From the NCBI GenBank assembly GCA_002687735.1, contig NZBD01000015.1:54499-118498 (forward strand): a stretch of 64,000 nucleotides of DNA, in the 5' to 3' direction. This stretch comes from Candidatus Iainarchaeum sp. GTDB lineage: Archaea; Iainarchaeota; Iainarchaeia; Iainarchaeales; Iainarchaeaceae. Below the pieces are notes generated by a model. The model did not search any database and was not told where the DNA came from. It saw only the letters and a program-made list of their open reading frames with translations. This document shows, one piece after another, positions 46,851 to 56,280 of this stretch. Numbering within the stretch: the stretch's first letter is position 1; each line of letters begins with the position of its first letter. Both the position numbers and the translations under genes were made by a program.

Positions 46851-48428
46851 GTGGTTTTAATGGCATTTCAGTTTGCGGAAAAGAAAGGAAACAAGATTGA
46901 TTCTTATGGTCAGACGGTTATCTATGAAGGGTTCCCTTTTTTCTTTTATGATGTAAAAGAACCAAGTTTTAATGAGGAAGAAAATATTATGAATGAATCC
47001 CTGACCAACCTTATTACTGGTCGTTGGAGTTTTGATGAGGTTCAGGGGCAGTTAGAAAAGCTGTTTTCAAAGCAGTTTATGGAACAGTTCAGGGAAAAAA
47101 TCATCAAGCCAGTAACTTACAGTGATGCTTTGGAATATTTACTGCCAACCGATGATTATAATACTCTAAAATTGACTCTTATAACTTTATTCAAGGAATT
47201 TTTGCCGAGTGTAAAAAACCATTCATTATTAGCAGATAAAATCCTCGGGGACTCGATTGGTTATGGGAAAATAAACTCTTTTGTTTTGGATGAAAGTTTA
47301 GAAGAGGTAATGGTTAATGGTTATGATAAGAGTGTTTTTGTTTTTCACAAAAAGTATGGCCACTGTAAAACTAATGTAGATTTTGTTAACAAAAAATCTC
47401 TTGATTCTTTGTTGCAAAAAGTTGCTCACACTGTAGGAAAAAATTTTGATGCTGACACTCCTTTATTGGATGCACGCCTTCCTGATGGTAACAGGGCTAA
47501 TGCCACATTTCCTTATGTAACTCCGTTTGGTCCAAGTCTTACAATCAGAAAGTTTTCCAGTGTTCCTCTTAGTATTATTGATTTAATTGCTAACAATACT
47601 GTTTCAAGTGAGCTTGCAGCATTTCTTTGGGTTATGGTTGAGGGAATGGGTGTTGAGCCAATGAACATTATTATTACTGGGGGGTCGGGTTCCGGAAAAA
47701 CAACAACCCTGAATGCATTGACTGCTTTTGTAAGGTATCCTGAAAGAATTATTTCTATTGAAGATACTCTTGAACTGCGTTTGTTGGGACGACAAAATTG
47801 GGTTCAGATGGAATCCAGGCCTGCAATGAAAGGACAGGAAGGTATCACTATGGATGACTTGTTAAAGAACGCCATGAGGATGAGGCCTGATAGGATTGTT
47901 GTTGGAGAGGTAAGAGGAAAAGAAGCAGAAACTCTCTTTGTTGCAATGGACACTGGCCACAAAGGATCTATGGGAACATTACATAGTAATTCTGCTAAGG
48001 AAATGCTTCTAAGGCTGCAGGCAAAACCAATGGGAGTTCCTGATGCATTGATTCCTTTGCTTAATCTTATTGTTGTGCAGTACCGACTTTATGTTAAAGG
48101 AAAAGGAATTCAGAGAAGAATCATTTCTGTTACTGAGGTTAGTTCTATGGACAAGCATGCTTTGCTTAGCAATGTTTATGAGTGGGATCGCAGAGCTGAT
48201 CTTATAAGAAGAACCGATGTTCCGATGAAACTTATTGAGATCTTATCTGAAAAAACATTAAAATCCAAAAAAGAAGTTGAGATGGAAGTTAATGTCAGGA
48301 AAAGGATTCTTGAGTGGATGCTGAAAAACGAAATCCATACTCAACCGGAAGTTGAGGTTGTTATTCAACAGTATTATTACAATCCGGAAGGTCTTTTAGA
48401 AAAGGTTCTTGCTGAAGAGCCTCAGTAA
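46851..48428 (+). CDS. type II/IV secretion-family ATPase (FlaI/PilB-like)
   Basis: Walker A GGSGSGKTTTLNAL, Walker B, His-box region. Confidence 0.75.
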   Translation: MVLMAFQFAEKKGNKIDSYGQTVIYEGFPFFFYDVKEPSFNEEENIMNESLTNLITGRWSFDEVQGQLEKLFSKQFMEQFREKIIKPVTYSDALEYLLPTDDYNTLKLTLITLFKEFLPSVKNHSLLADKILGDSIGYGKINSFVLDESLEEVMVNGYDKSVFVFHKKYGHCKTNVDFVNKKSLDSLLQKVAHTVGKNFDADTPLLDARLPDGNRANATFPYVTPFGPSLTIRKFSSVPLSIIDLIANNTVSSELAAFLWVMVEGMGVEPMNIIITGGSGSGKTTTLNALTAFVRYPERIISIEDTLELRLLGRQNWVQMESRPAMKGQEGITMDDLLKNAMRMRPDRIVVGEVRGKEAETLFVAMDTGHKGSMGTLHSNSAKEMLLRLQAKPMGVPDALIPLLNLIVVQYRLYVKGKGIQRRIISVTEVSSMDKHALLSNVYEWDRRADLIRRTDVPMKLIEILSEKTLKSKKEVEMEVNVRKRILEWMLKNEIHTQPEVEVVIQQYYYNPEGLLEKVLAEEPQ

Positions 48429-49019
48429 TTATTCTAAATTTTTTCTGAATGTTTTTTCAAGTTTTTCAAGTCGTGCATAATTTTTCCTGACCAATTCATT
48501 TGCTTCTTTTAACACTTTCAATAATTGTTTCTTGTTTATAAGTTCTTCTTCCCCGTTTTTAGCTGGAAATTCCATTCTTTCTGTTCCCTGTAATTCTATC
48601 ATGAATTTTCCTTTTTCGGCAAGCATTATTCCGCCTCTTTTGACACCTGCTTCTTTCATTGCTTTTAAGATTGCGTTTGATTTTTCTAAATCAGCACACC
48701 CAATATGTAAAATAAAAGGATCGACTTTGAACCATAGTTTTCCTTTTATTTTTTCATTAAAACCTTCCTCAAGTTCTTCTTTTGTGATTTCCCTGTGCCA
48801 TTTTCTGTGGAAAAAATTATCTATTTTCCTGTCGCTTCTTTTTTCAAGTAATATTATTCTTCCGCTGCAGCAGCTGGAAGTATAGTAATTTTTTGTTGAA
48901 ATCACATAATCACAAAGCCCCTGCATCTGCTCATCAACCTTTCCTTGGCTTAAAGCTGTTTGGTAGGTTTGTGTGTGTCTTTGTTTTATCATCTCAAATC
49001 TGGTTGGCTTAGCATTCAT
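48429..49019 (-). CDS. tRNA wybutosine-synthesis protein Taw3/TYW3-like
   Basis: SSCCSGRI signature motif. Confidence 0.55.
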   Translation of the reverse strand: MNAKPTRFEMIKQRHTQTYQTALSQGKVDEQMQGLCDYVISTKNYYTSSCCSGRIILLEKRSDRKIDNFFHRKWHREITKEELEEGFNEKIKGKLWFKVDPFILHIGCADLEKSNAILKAMKEAGVKRGGIMLAEKGKFMIELQGTERMEFPAKNGEEELINKKQLLKVLKEANELVRKNYARLEKLEKTFRKNLE

Positions 49020-49062
49020 GTAAAGTCCTCTTTTTTGGCCTCTTATAGGCTTTTTTTACCAA

Positions 49063-49914
49063 TTGTTTTATTTATTCTTCTGCTATAATCCTATTTTGGG
49101 GGAATCAATTTTGTTTAAATATATTGCCATATTAAGCATGTTTTTATTGTTAGTCTCATTGGCTTTTGCTGAGGTTAACGTTCTTTATCCTGTGGAAGCA
49201 ACCCTTCAAAGCGGCAATACTATCCAGGCTGGTTCAGTAAGTCCTAATCAGGTTTTTGAATTGATTTTTTCAGATAATTCAGGTTATGGTTTTGAATGGG
49301 ATGCTATTACAATTAATGAAGCTTCTTTGCCTTCAGGCTGGAAGATTGTTTCTCAGAATATTACTGATACTTCTTTGATAATAAACATCAGTGTTCCTAA
49401 AAATGCCCAGCCAAACTTTTATGTTCTTGAATTTTCATTAGCAAACAGTAACAATCCTATTGTGAAGGATTCAATTAGTGTTAGTGTTGTTGTAAAACAA
49501 AATTTACTGGATGTTTCTTTTGCAAGGCCTCCAATAGAAGATGTTTCTGTTGTGGGTGAATCTGTTTTTTACAAAGGGATTGTTTCTAATTCCTCAATTG
49601 CCTATCAAAAAATTGTTTTTTCTTCTGATGTTCCATCAAATTGGTTTGAACGCGTTGTTTTTGAAGCAGAGCCAAACAGCTTGAGAGAGGTAGAACTTGA
49701 ATTAAATCCTAAGTCTTACGGGAAACATTCTTTTTCTTTCCAAGTGTTGGATGAAGAAGGCACAATAATTAAAAGTTATTCTTCAGAATTAAACGTACGC
49801 CCTACTCTGAAAGGAAAGTTCAGTTCTGCATTATCCGGTTTTCCTTTCTTTACTTTCAGTTTGGTTCCATTCCAGTTATTAGATTCTTTTGTTTCCTTAA
49901 TTTTGCCTAATTAA
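49063..49914 (+). CDS. hypothetical secreted/surface protein
   Basis: N-terminal signal/TM and C-terminal hydrophobic segment. Confidence 0.35.
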   Translation: MFYLFFCYNPILGESILFKYIAILSMFLLLVSLAFAEVNVLYPVEATLQSGNTIQAGSVSPNQVFELIFSDNSGYGFEWDAITINEASLPSGWKIVSQNITDTSLIINISVPKNAQPNFYVLEFSLANSNNPIVKDSISVSVVVKQNLLDVSFARPPIEDVSVVGESVFYKGIVSNSSIAYQKIVFSSDVPSNWFERVVFEAEPNSLREVELELNPKSYGKHSFSFQVLDEEGTIIKSYSSELNVRPTLKGKFSSALSGFPFFTFSLVPFQLLDSFVSLILPN

Positions 49915-51616
49915 GAATTTTCCCCATATAAATTCCGTCTCTTTTGTAACCAAGTTTTTCCAAATAGTATTCTCTAGCCCCAACACCACTTATAACTAGT
50001 AATTTATCCGCGCTGAATTTTTCTTTTGCAATTTTTTCAGCTTGTTCCATTAACTTTTTACCAAAACCTTTGTGTTGTGTGCTTTCAGAATCTGTTTTCC
50101 CTATCCCGACTTCCGAACCAAGAACATGCAGTTCTCTTATTACACAAGTTTTTTCCGTGAACTCTTCCCTGAACGGTTTCCATGGTTTTCTTAACCTGCA
50201 AAACCCAACAATCAATTCGTTCTTTGTATCCTCAAATGAAATAAAAACTTCTTTTCCTTTACTTGCTTCGTATTCCTTTTCAACTAATTCAACCTTTGAA
50301 TAATCTGTTTCTTTTCCTTTTCCTTGGTTTATACCCGATTCTCTGCATCTTATGCATTTGCACTTAATTCCTTTTCCTTTTGCTTTTTCCTCAATTATCT
50401 GCCTTAAATTATTCTTATCAACCCCGCCTTTGGAGTATTTTGTCGGTATATCTCTTTGTACACGGTGTACTCTTGTGTAAGAAGGAAAATATTTTTTTGC
50501 TTCAGAAATAATCTCTGCAGCCTCTTCAGTATCTAACGGAGTAAATTTTCCATTTTCATAAAGTTTTTCCAATGCAGTTCCTGGCATAACCATGCAAGGG
50601 TAAATTTTCAATCCATCCGGTTTAAAATCCGGGTTTTCAAATAGTTCCTTAAACATTTCAACATCCTTTTCTTTAGAACTCAAAGGCTGCCCCGGCATCA
50701 TGTGATAAGTTACTTTCAATCCCGAATCTTTCAAAAGCCTTGTTGCTTCTATTGTATCATCTATTGTATGTCCTCTGTTTGTGTATTTCAGAACATCATT
50801 GCTTGTGCTCTGAGCCCCAAGTTCAACCCTTGTGGTTCCTAGCTTTAACATCCGGTCAATTTCTTTTTCTTTACACCAATCAGGTTTTGTTTCAATGCAC
50901 ATTGTAACTATTCTCACATTTGCTTTCTCATTCCTCAAATGTTCTTTCTCAACAATAGGTTCATGCTTTTGTTTCAATAATTTTTCTTTCAGGTTTTTGT
51001 TAAATCCCTTATTTTGTTTTGAAAAAAATTCATTGAACTTTTCGGAATCGAATTTCCCTTTTGGGAACATGTTTTCTGAAAAATCATTTACCGCTTGGAA
51101 TGCTTCGGAAATAAATTTCTCCTGATACTCAAAAGGAAAACTTGGAAAAGTTCCTCCCATAATTATTAATTCCAGTTTTTGCGGATTGTGAGCGGTAGAA
51201 TAATACTGTGACAACCTGTTCATTGTCTGGAGATAAGAATCATAAGAATTGCTTATTGCCCGCATTGTTGCAGGTTCGTTTCCAGTGTAGCTTTGCGGAA
51301 CATCCCCAAAAAAACTATCAGGACCGCCAGGACAATAAATGCATGTTCCATGCGGACATTTTATTGGTTTAGTCATTATTGCTATTGGTGCAACTCCTGA
51401 AAGTGTCCTTAATGGTTTTATTGAAAGTATTTTGCTTAATTTTTTTGATGGCTTTTTTGAATGGCTTAAAATATCCGGATTGGACGGAACCTCATTTAAG
51501 CCCACTTCTTTTCCAATCTGTAGCTTGAATTTATTCAGCTCGTCTTTAGTGTTAATCCTGTTCTTTTCAACTGCCTCAATTATTTGGGTGCAGAATTGCT
51601 GTAATTTTGTTGTCAT
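49907..51616 (-). CDS. elp3: Elp3-family tRNA uridine(34) acetyltransferase (radical SAM plus GNAT)
   Basis: CPHGTCIYCPGG radical-SAM cluster motif; C-terminal GNAT. Confidence 0.8.
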   Translation of the reverse strand: MTTKLQQFCTQIIEAVEKNRINTKDELNKFKLQIGKEVGLNEVPSNPDILSHSKKPSKKLSKILSIKPLRTLSGVAPIAIMTKPIKCPHGTCIYCPGGPDSFFGDVPQSYTGNEPATMRAISNSYDSYLQTMNRLSQYYSTAHNPQKLELIIMGGTFPSFPFEYQEKFISEAFQAVNDFSENMFPKGKFDSEKFNEFFSKQNKGFNKNLKEKLLKQKHEPIVEKEHLRNEKANVRIVTMCIETKPDWCKEKEIDRMLKLGTTRVELGAQSTSNDVLKYTNRGHTIDDTIEATRLLKDSGLKVTYHMMPGQPLSSKEKDVEMFKELFENPDFKPDGLKIYPCMVMPGTALEKLYENGKFTPLDTEEAAEIISEAKKYFPSYTRVHRVQRDIPTKYSKGGVDKNNLRQIIEEKAKGKGIKCKCIRCRESGINQGKGKETDYSKVELVEKEYEASKGKEVFISFEDTKNELIVGFCRLRKPWKPFREEFTEKTCVIRELHVLGSEVGIGKTDSESTQHKGFGKKLMEQAEKIAKEKFSADKLLVISGVGAREYYLEKLGYKRDGIYMGKILN

Positions 51617-51671
51617 GACTCAATTTTTTTCCCTGAAAAGGTTTTTATTGAGTGTTAGCGTTCTTTTTTGG

Positions 51672-51974
51672 ATGACTAATGCCGAACAGGAATTTGTGGA
51701 TTATGTGCAGAAATATCCTGAATGCTATGCTATTGCACAATCTGAGATATTCATGAAATTCTTAAAGCTCATTTCAGAGTCCCCTAGGTCAATTTCTGAG
51801 TTTTTAACAGCCATTCCGAATATTGAGGATTTTGATTTACAGCTTATTGTTCTTGCTTTAGAATCCGCAAAACTCACTAAAAAAAGTAGAAGTATTCAAA
51901 CTGAAGTATATTATCTCACGGATAAGGGAAAAACTCTTCTAACTAAGTATAAAAATGCAAAAAAAGGCCTTTAA
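51672..51974 (+). CDS. hypothetical 100-aa protein
   Basis: Internal ATG of a track ORF that otherwise overlaps elp3 on the opposite strand. Confidence 0.3.
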   Translation: MTNAEQEFVDYVQKYPECYAIAQSEIFMKFLKLISESPRSISEFLTAIPNIEDFDLQLIVLALESAKLTKKSRSIQTEVYYLTDKGKTLLTKYKNAKKGL

Positions 51975-52064
51975 GGGGGGCTTTAAACATGCTTTACTGC
52001 GTTCTCTTTTATAAATATATTATATAATATACTATATATTAACACTCAAGGATGGGGGATTTTT

Positions 52065-52412
52065 TTGGGGAAAATATTATTAGCGGTACTTGGCATAGGA
52101 AAAGGCACTTGGGGGCATGTAGCTAGGCTTATCTCAGAGGAAGAATGGGATAAAATTATTCTGATTTCTAATGAATGGGGCAAGGAAAATTTTGCTCCTG
52201 CGAAAGAATGTGACTGGATTATTGTTAATAACCGCGCTGGTTTTGAAATAATTAAGGATGAAATAAAGAAACAGCTTCCTGATGGCGAATTAGCAGTTTC
52301 ACTTATCAGTGGTTCAGGAAAAGAACATATGGCTGTTCTTGCTGCTTTGAAAGCAAAAAAATCAAAATATGAAACAGTAATCCTGACTGGTGAAGGAACG
52401 AAATATTATTAA
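52065..52412 (+). CDS. minimal Rossmann-like (CARF-like) single-domain protein
   Basis: KILLAVLGIGKG ... IILIS ... VSLISGSGKEHMAV pattern, similar to the N-domain of the 1444-2085 protein. Confidence 0.3.
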   Translation: MGKILLAVLGIGKGTWGHVARLISEEEWDKIILISNEWGKENFAPAKECDWIIVNNRAGFEIIKDEIKKQLPDGELAVSLISGSGKEHMAVLAALKAKKSKYETVILTGEGTKYY

Positions 52413-52415
52413 TCA

Positions 52416-52475
52416 CACTTTTTTCTTTTCGTGAAAAGAAAAAACTGTACCAAAAAGAAAAGCAAGCTTCGCATA
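52416..52475. repeat. palindromic T-rich intergenic module, copy 3 (no tRNA attached)
   Basis: TTTTTTCTTTTCGTGAAAAGAAAAAA inverted repeat plus GTACCAAAAAGAAAAG. Confidence 0.5.
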
Positions 52476-52506
52476 ATGTTTTAATTTCTTTGAACTAATT
52501 TCTTTA

Positions 52507-52875
52507 ATGCCTGATTTAATTTTTTTGTTAGTTTTAGTTGCTGCAATAATTTTATTTCTTTTAGTTCTGTTTTTGCTTTCGAGATTAAGTTCTTTAGAAC
52601 AAAGATTAAGTGAATTAAAGTTTTCCAAATCCTCCCAATCTGTTAAGTACGGTAAAATGACCGAACAGTTCATTCCTTTCACAAAAGATTTTCCTTTTAA
52701 CCCTGATAATTTTCGTTTTTTGGGAAACCCGATTGACGGAGTTATTTTTGAGGAAGATAAAGTTATTTTTGCAGAATTCAAAACAGCTTCTTCTCAGCTT
52801 TCACAAAAGCAAAGAAATATTCGTGATTTAGTTAAATCGAAAAAAGTTGAATGGTTTGAGTATAAATTAAAGTAA
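52507..52875 (+). CDS. membrane-anchored protein with PD-(D/E)xK-like motif
   Basis: N-terminal TM, then IDGVIFEEDKVIFAEFK (D...E.K pattern). Confidence 0.3.
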   Translation: MPDLIFLLVLVAAIILFLLVLFLLSRLSSLEQRLSELKFSKSSQSVKYGKMTEQFIPFTKDFPFNPDNFRFLGNPIDGVIFEEDKVIFAEFKTASSQLSQKQRNIRDLVKSKKVEWFEYKLK

Positions 52876-53259
52876 TTACTTTTCCTTAGCTTTTTTAATC
52901 TCTTTGTAAAATTGTTCTTCCTCAACAACCTGTTCCAGAGTTTTACTTTCAATTGTTTGCTTTACAATTGAATTAATAAAACCAAGAATAAGAATTAATC
53001 CTAAAAACACATAACCTATTGTGAAAAGTTTTCCAAGATTAGTTTGTGGCGCTAAGTCCCCATACCCTACAGTGGTTAGTGTTATTACCGTAAAGTACAA
53101 AGAATCCAGTAAACTCCATTGCTCTACTTGATTATAAAAAATAGTCCCAATTCCAAGGGTCACGGTTAGTAAAAGTATTAATGCTTCTGTTTCTGCCCCC
53201 CTAAAACCTCGCCAGACGGCTTTAACAAAAAATATTGCTTTTTCGATAAATGCTTTCAT
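52876..53259 (-). CDS. two-TM potassium channel (KcsA-like pore only)
   Basis: Selectivity filter TTVGYGD. Confidence 0.75.
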   Translation of the reverse strand: MKAFIEKAIFFVKAVWRGFRGAETEALILLLTVTLGIGTIFYNQVEQWSLLDSLYFTVITLTTVGYGDLAPQTNLGKLFTIGYVFLGLILILGFINSIVKQTIESKTLEQVVEEEQFYKEIKKAKEK

Positions 53260-53306
53260 TTTGAACGTTTAAAGTATGTGTTTTGTCAGATTTAAAGGTT
53301 GCCTTG

Positions 53307-54347
53307 TCATTTCCAGTCTGATTTATACCTGAGAACAGCAGCAATTCCGCCAAATCCAAGTATTTTTTCCCCTGCTTCGTTTTTGCCTGAAATAAAAATA
53401 ATCTTCCCATGTAATTGTTCAGCTTTATCAAGTATTTGTTCTGTTTCTTCTCTTTTTTCTGAAAGCATTTTTTCATGAACCACCAGCTCATCAACAGCAC
53501 CAGAATCAATTGCTTTTTTTACTTCCTCAAAACCAATTGCACTTAAACCATTTGAAACCCCGACGAGAATTTTTTCAACAGCTTTAGTTTCTTCAGCTGC
53601 ATGGAACCCTTCAATAAGCTGGTCTATTTTTCCGCTTTTTATAAGTTCATTTAAACCTGTTATTCCAACTGAATTTGTTGATTCAAAGTTTGGTTTTAGT
53701 TTTGAGTTTTTTTCTTTTAAGAATTTTTCAAAATTTTGTTTCTCAAAACCAGGGCCGGCTATAACGATTTTTTTAGGCTCCAGTTCAGTGAGTTTTTTCA
53801 AAAGTTCATCAAAGTAAGGGTTTCCTTTTTCGGCGTTCTCAAATCTTTTGCCGCCTTTTTTTCCAAGGATTTTTGCTTTCTTAGCAAGTCCAGAATCTTT
53901 CAGGAAAGCAAGTTCTGCTTCCTCATCATCCATAACAACTAATAGCAAATTTTCTCTGCCGGATGCTTTTTTTGCTCTCTCAAGCCTGTCAATATGGTAC
54001 TTTTTCAGTGCTTTTTTTGTAATCCTTATTTTTTCTCCTGCCTCAGCTTCAATAGTGTGATGGCTTTTCAATTCCACTAATTCTGTTGGTTTTGCAGAAA
54101 CAACAATTCCCTGAATTCTTAATTGATTTGTTGTTTCATGGAACTCTGCTTTTTCAACTTCCAGTTCCACAAAAATTTTCTGCTTGAAAGCTTTTTCTCC
54201 TTCATTTTTTGGCTTGATTTTTCTTTCAGACTCACCGCTAACCAAATCTCCCCGCTCTATGAGTTTTTCAATATGCCATAAGTCATCAAATGAATCAGGA
54301 ATGACTTCGAAATAATTGTTTTTCTGATCAACTTTGAGTATTTTCAT
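53307..54347 (-). CDS. pelA: Pelota/Dom34 ribosome-rescue factor
   Basis: Pelota N-terminal and eRF1-like domains. Confidence 0.8.
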   Translation of the reverse strand: MKILKVDQKNNYFEVIPDSFDDLWHIEKLIERGDLVSGESERKIKPKNEGEKAFKQKIFVELEVEKAEFHETTNQLRIQGIVVSAKPTELVELKSHHTIEAEAGEKIRITKKALKKYHIDRLERAKKASGRENLLLVVMDDEEAELAFLKDSGLAKKAKILGKKGGKRFENAEKGNPYFDELLKKLTELEPKKIVIAGPGFEKQNFEKFLKEKNSKLKPNFESTNSVGITGLNELIKSGKIDQLIEGFHAAEETKAVEKILVGVSNGLSAIGFEEVKKAIDSGAVDELVVHEKMLSEKREETEQILDKAEQLHGKIIFISGKNEAGEKILGFGGIAAVLRYKSDWK

Positions 54348-54418
54348 AATAATTCATGTGGCTGTAAACAGTTAAAAAACCTTAGAACAGAATTCTAAGA
54401 TGGCAAGAATAGCAGTAT

Positions 54419-54500
54419 CAGAACCACAGTTGCGGCTGTGGACGCCCTTCGGGCGGCGTCCATCTCGCTTGGGCTCGATAGGACTTGGAAGGGATTAGTA
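54419..54500 (+). mobile_element. hairpin-headed mini-element copy C (82 bp), flanked by exact 19-bp duplication ATGGCAAGAATAGCAGTAT (54400-54418 / 54501-54519)
   Basis: CCACAGTTGCGGCTGTGG, then GACGCCC-TTCG-GGGCGGCGTC stem, then CCATCTCGCTTGGGCTCGAT as in copy A. The duplication contains the ABCE1 start codon. Confidence 0.6.
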
Positions 54501-56279
54501 ATGGCAAGAATAGCAGTATTGGAAAAGGATCGTTGTATCAACAAAGAGGGCTGTAATTTCATTTGTGGCAATGTTTGTCCTGTAAATAGAGCCGGTAAGG
54601 AATGCATTTCCCTAGATGAGGAAACAAACAAGCCGGTTATAAGTGAAGACCTCTGCATAGGCTGCAATATTTGCGTAATCAAATGCCCGGTTGATTGTAT
54701 TTACATTGAGAATCTTGTGCAGGAACTAAATGAGGAGCCGGTTCAAAGATTTGGTGAAAATGAGTTTAGAGTTTACAGATTGCCTCTTATAAGAGAAGGA
54801 GAAATTGTAGGTTTGATTGGAAGAAACGGTATTGGAAAAAGCACTATTCTAAATATCCTTTCAGGTCAGTTAGTGCCGAATTTAGGGGATTATGAAAACG
54901 AACCAAATTATGATAAAGTAATGAATTTTTTCAAGGGAAGAGAATTACAGGATTACTTTTCTTCATTAAAAGAAAAATCAATAAAAGTTTCTTTCAAACC
55001 ACAGAACATCAACGATATCCAAAAGGCTTACAAAGGAAATGTAAATGATTTGCTGAAAAAGGTTGATGAAAGAAAAAAACTGAAAGAAATTTCCAAAATA
55101 TTAAGAATTGAAAAAATTCTTGAAAGGGATTTAAAAAGTTTAAGCGGAGGAGAACTTCAAAGAGTTGCTATTGCAGCTGCTGCTTTGAAGGATGCTGATT
55201 TTTATGCGTTTGATGAACCAACATCTTATTTAGATGTTAAAGAACGTTTGAACATGGCTGCATTATTAAGATCTTTAGCAGTTGAAAAGAAAACAGTTAT
55301 TGTTATTGAGCATGACTTAGCAGTTTTGGATTATTTGAGTGATTATGTTCATTTGCTTTATGGAAAAAAATCAGTTTATGGAATTGTTTCAAATTCTAAA
55401 AGTGTAAAAAATGGCATTAATGAATTTTTGGAAGGTTTTGTAAAAGATGAAAATGTGAGATTCAGAAAAGAAGAATTAAAATTTGAGGTTAAGCCTTCAA
55501 CTGATTTTAAACTGAAAAATATTGTTGCAAAGTATCCTTCTATGAAAAAATCTTTTGAGAATTTTTCTTTGGAGGTTGAAGGCGGTGAATTAAGGGAAGC
55601 AGAGGTATTAGGAATTATGGGTCCTAATGGTATTGGTAAAACCACTTTTGTAAAGATGTTGGCAGGAGTTGAAAAGCCTGATGAAGGTTCTATTGATCTT
55701 TCTCTTAAAGTTTCTTACAAACCTCAGTATCTTTCTCCTGAACAAGGAGTTACTGTTGCTGATTTTATTACTTCTCAAAACATAGACCGTGCTGTTTTCA
55801 AACAAGAGGTAGATAGACGTCTTTTCATTAGTGAGTTAGAAAACCATAAATTAGAGGAACTTTCAGGAGGGGAGCTCCAGAAAATTGCAGTAGGAATGGC
55901 CTTATGCAGAAACGATGTTGAATTAGTGCTTTTAGATGAACCAACAGCTTTTGTCGATATTGAGGATCGTCTCAATATGGCTGACACTATCAGGTCTGTT
56001 ACTGATTCAAAAAAGAAAGTTTGTCTGGTTGTTGACCATGATCTTGTGTTTCAGGATTCTGTTAGTGACCGCTTAATGATTTTTGAAGGAGAATCTTCAG
56101 TGAAAGGTTTAGCCAGGAAGCCTTTCACAATGCATGATGGGATGAATCACTTTTTGAAATCCATGCAACTTTCATTTCGACGCGATAAAACAAACGGTCG
56201 CCCTCGTGCAAATAAACCAGGTTCACAATTAGATAAGGAACAAAAAGCCAAGGGCGAATATTACTATTCAGTAGAATAA
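54501..56279 (+). CDS. abce1: ABCE1 (RNase L inhibitor / Rli1 ribosome-recycling ATPase)
   Basis: N-terminal 4Fe-4S Cys clusters and twin ABC cassettes; start at ATG 54501 (MARIAVLEKDRC), not the upstream GTG. Confidence 0.9.
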   Translation: MARIAVLEKDRCINKEGCNFICGNVCPVNRAGKECISLDEETNKPVISEDLCIGCNICVIKCPVDCIYIENLVQELNEEPVQRFGENEFRVYRLPLIREGEIVGLIGRNGIGKSTILNILSGQLVPNLGDYENEPNYDKVMNFFKGRELQDYFSSLKEKSIKVSFKPQNINDIQKAYKGNVNDLLKKVDERKKLKEISKILRIEKILERDLKSLSGGELQRVAIAAAALKDADFYAFDEPTSYLDVKERLNMAALLRSLAVEKKTVIVIEHDLAVLDYLSDYVHLLYGKKSVYGIVSNSKSVKNGINEFLEGFVKDENVRFRKEELKFEVKPSTDFKLKNIVAKYPSMKKSFENFSLEVEGGELREAEVLGIMGPNGIGKTTFVKMLAGVEKPDEGSIDLSLKVSYKPQYLSPEQGVTVADFITSQNIDRAVFKQEVDRRLFISELENHKLEELSGGELQKIAVGMALCRNDVELVLLDEPTAFVDIEDRLNMADTIRSVTDSKKKVCLVVDHDLVFQDSVSDRLMIFEGESSVKGLARKPFTMHDGMNHFLKSMQLSFRRDKTNGRPRANKPGSQLDKEQKAKGEYYYSVE

Positions 56280-56280
56280 T

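Noticed and set aside
54438-54500. GTG-initiated N-terminal extension of ABCE1 (MDALRAASISLGLDRTWKGLV...)
   Set aside because: The extension is the translated body of the inserted GC-rich element C. The conserved ABCE1 N-terminus MARIAVLEKDRC begins at ATG 54501, which is exactly the duplicated target copy.
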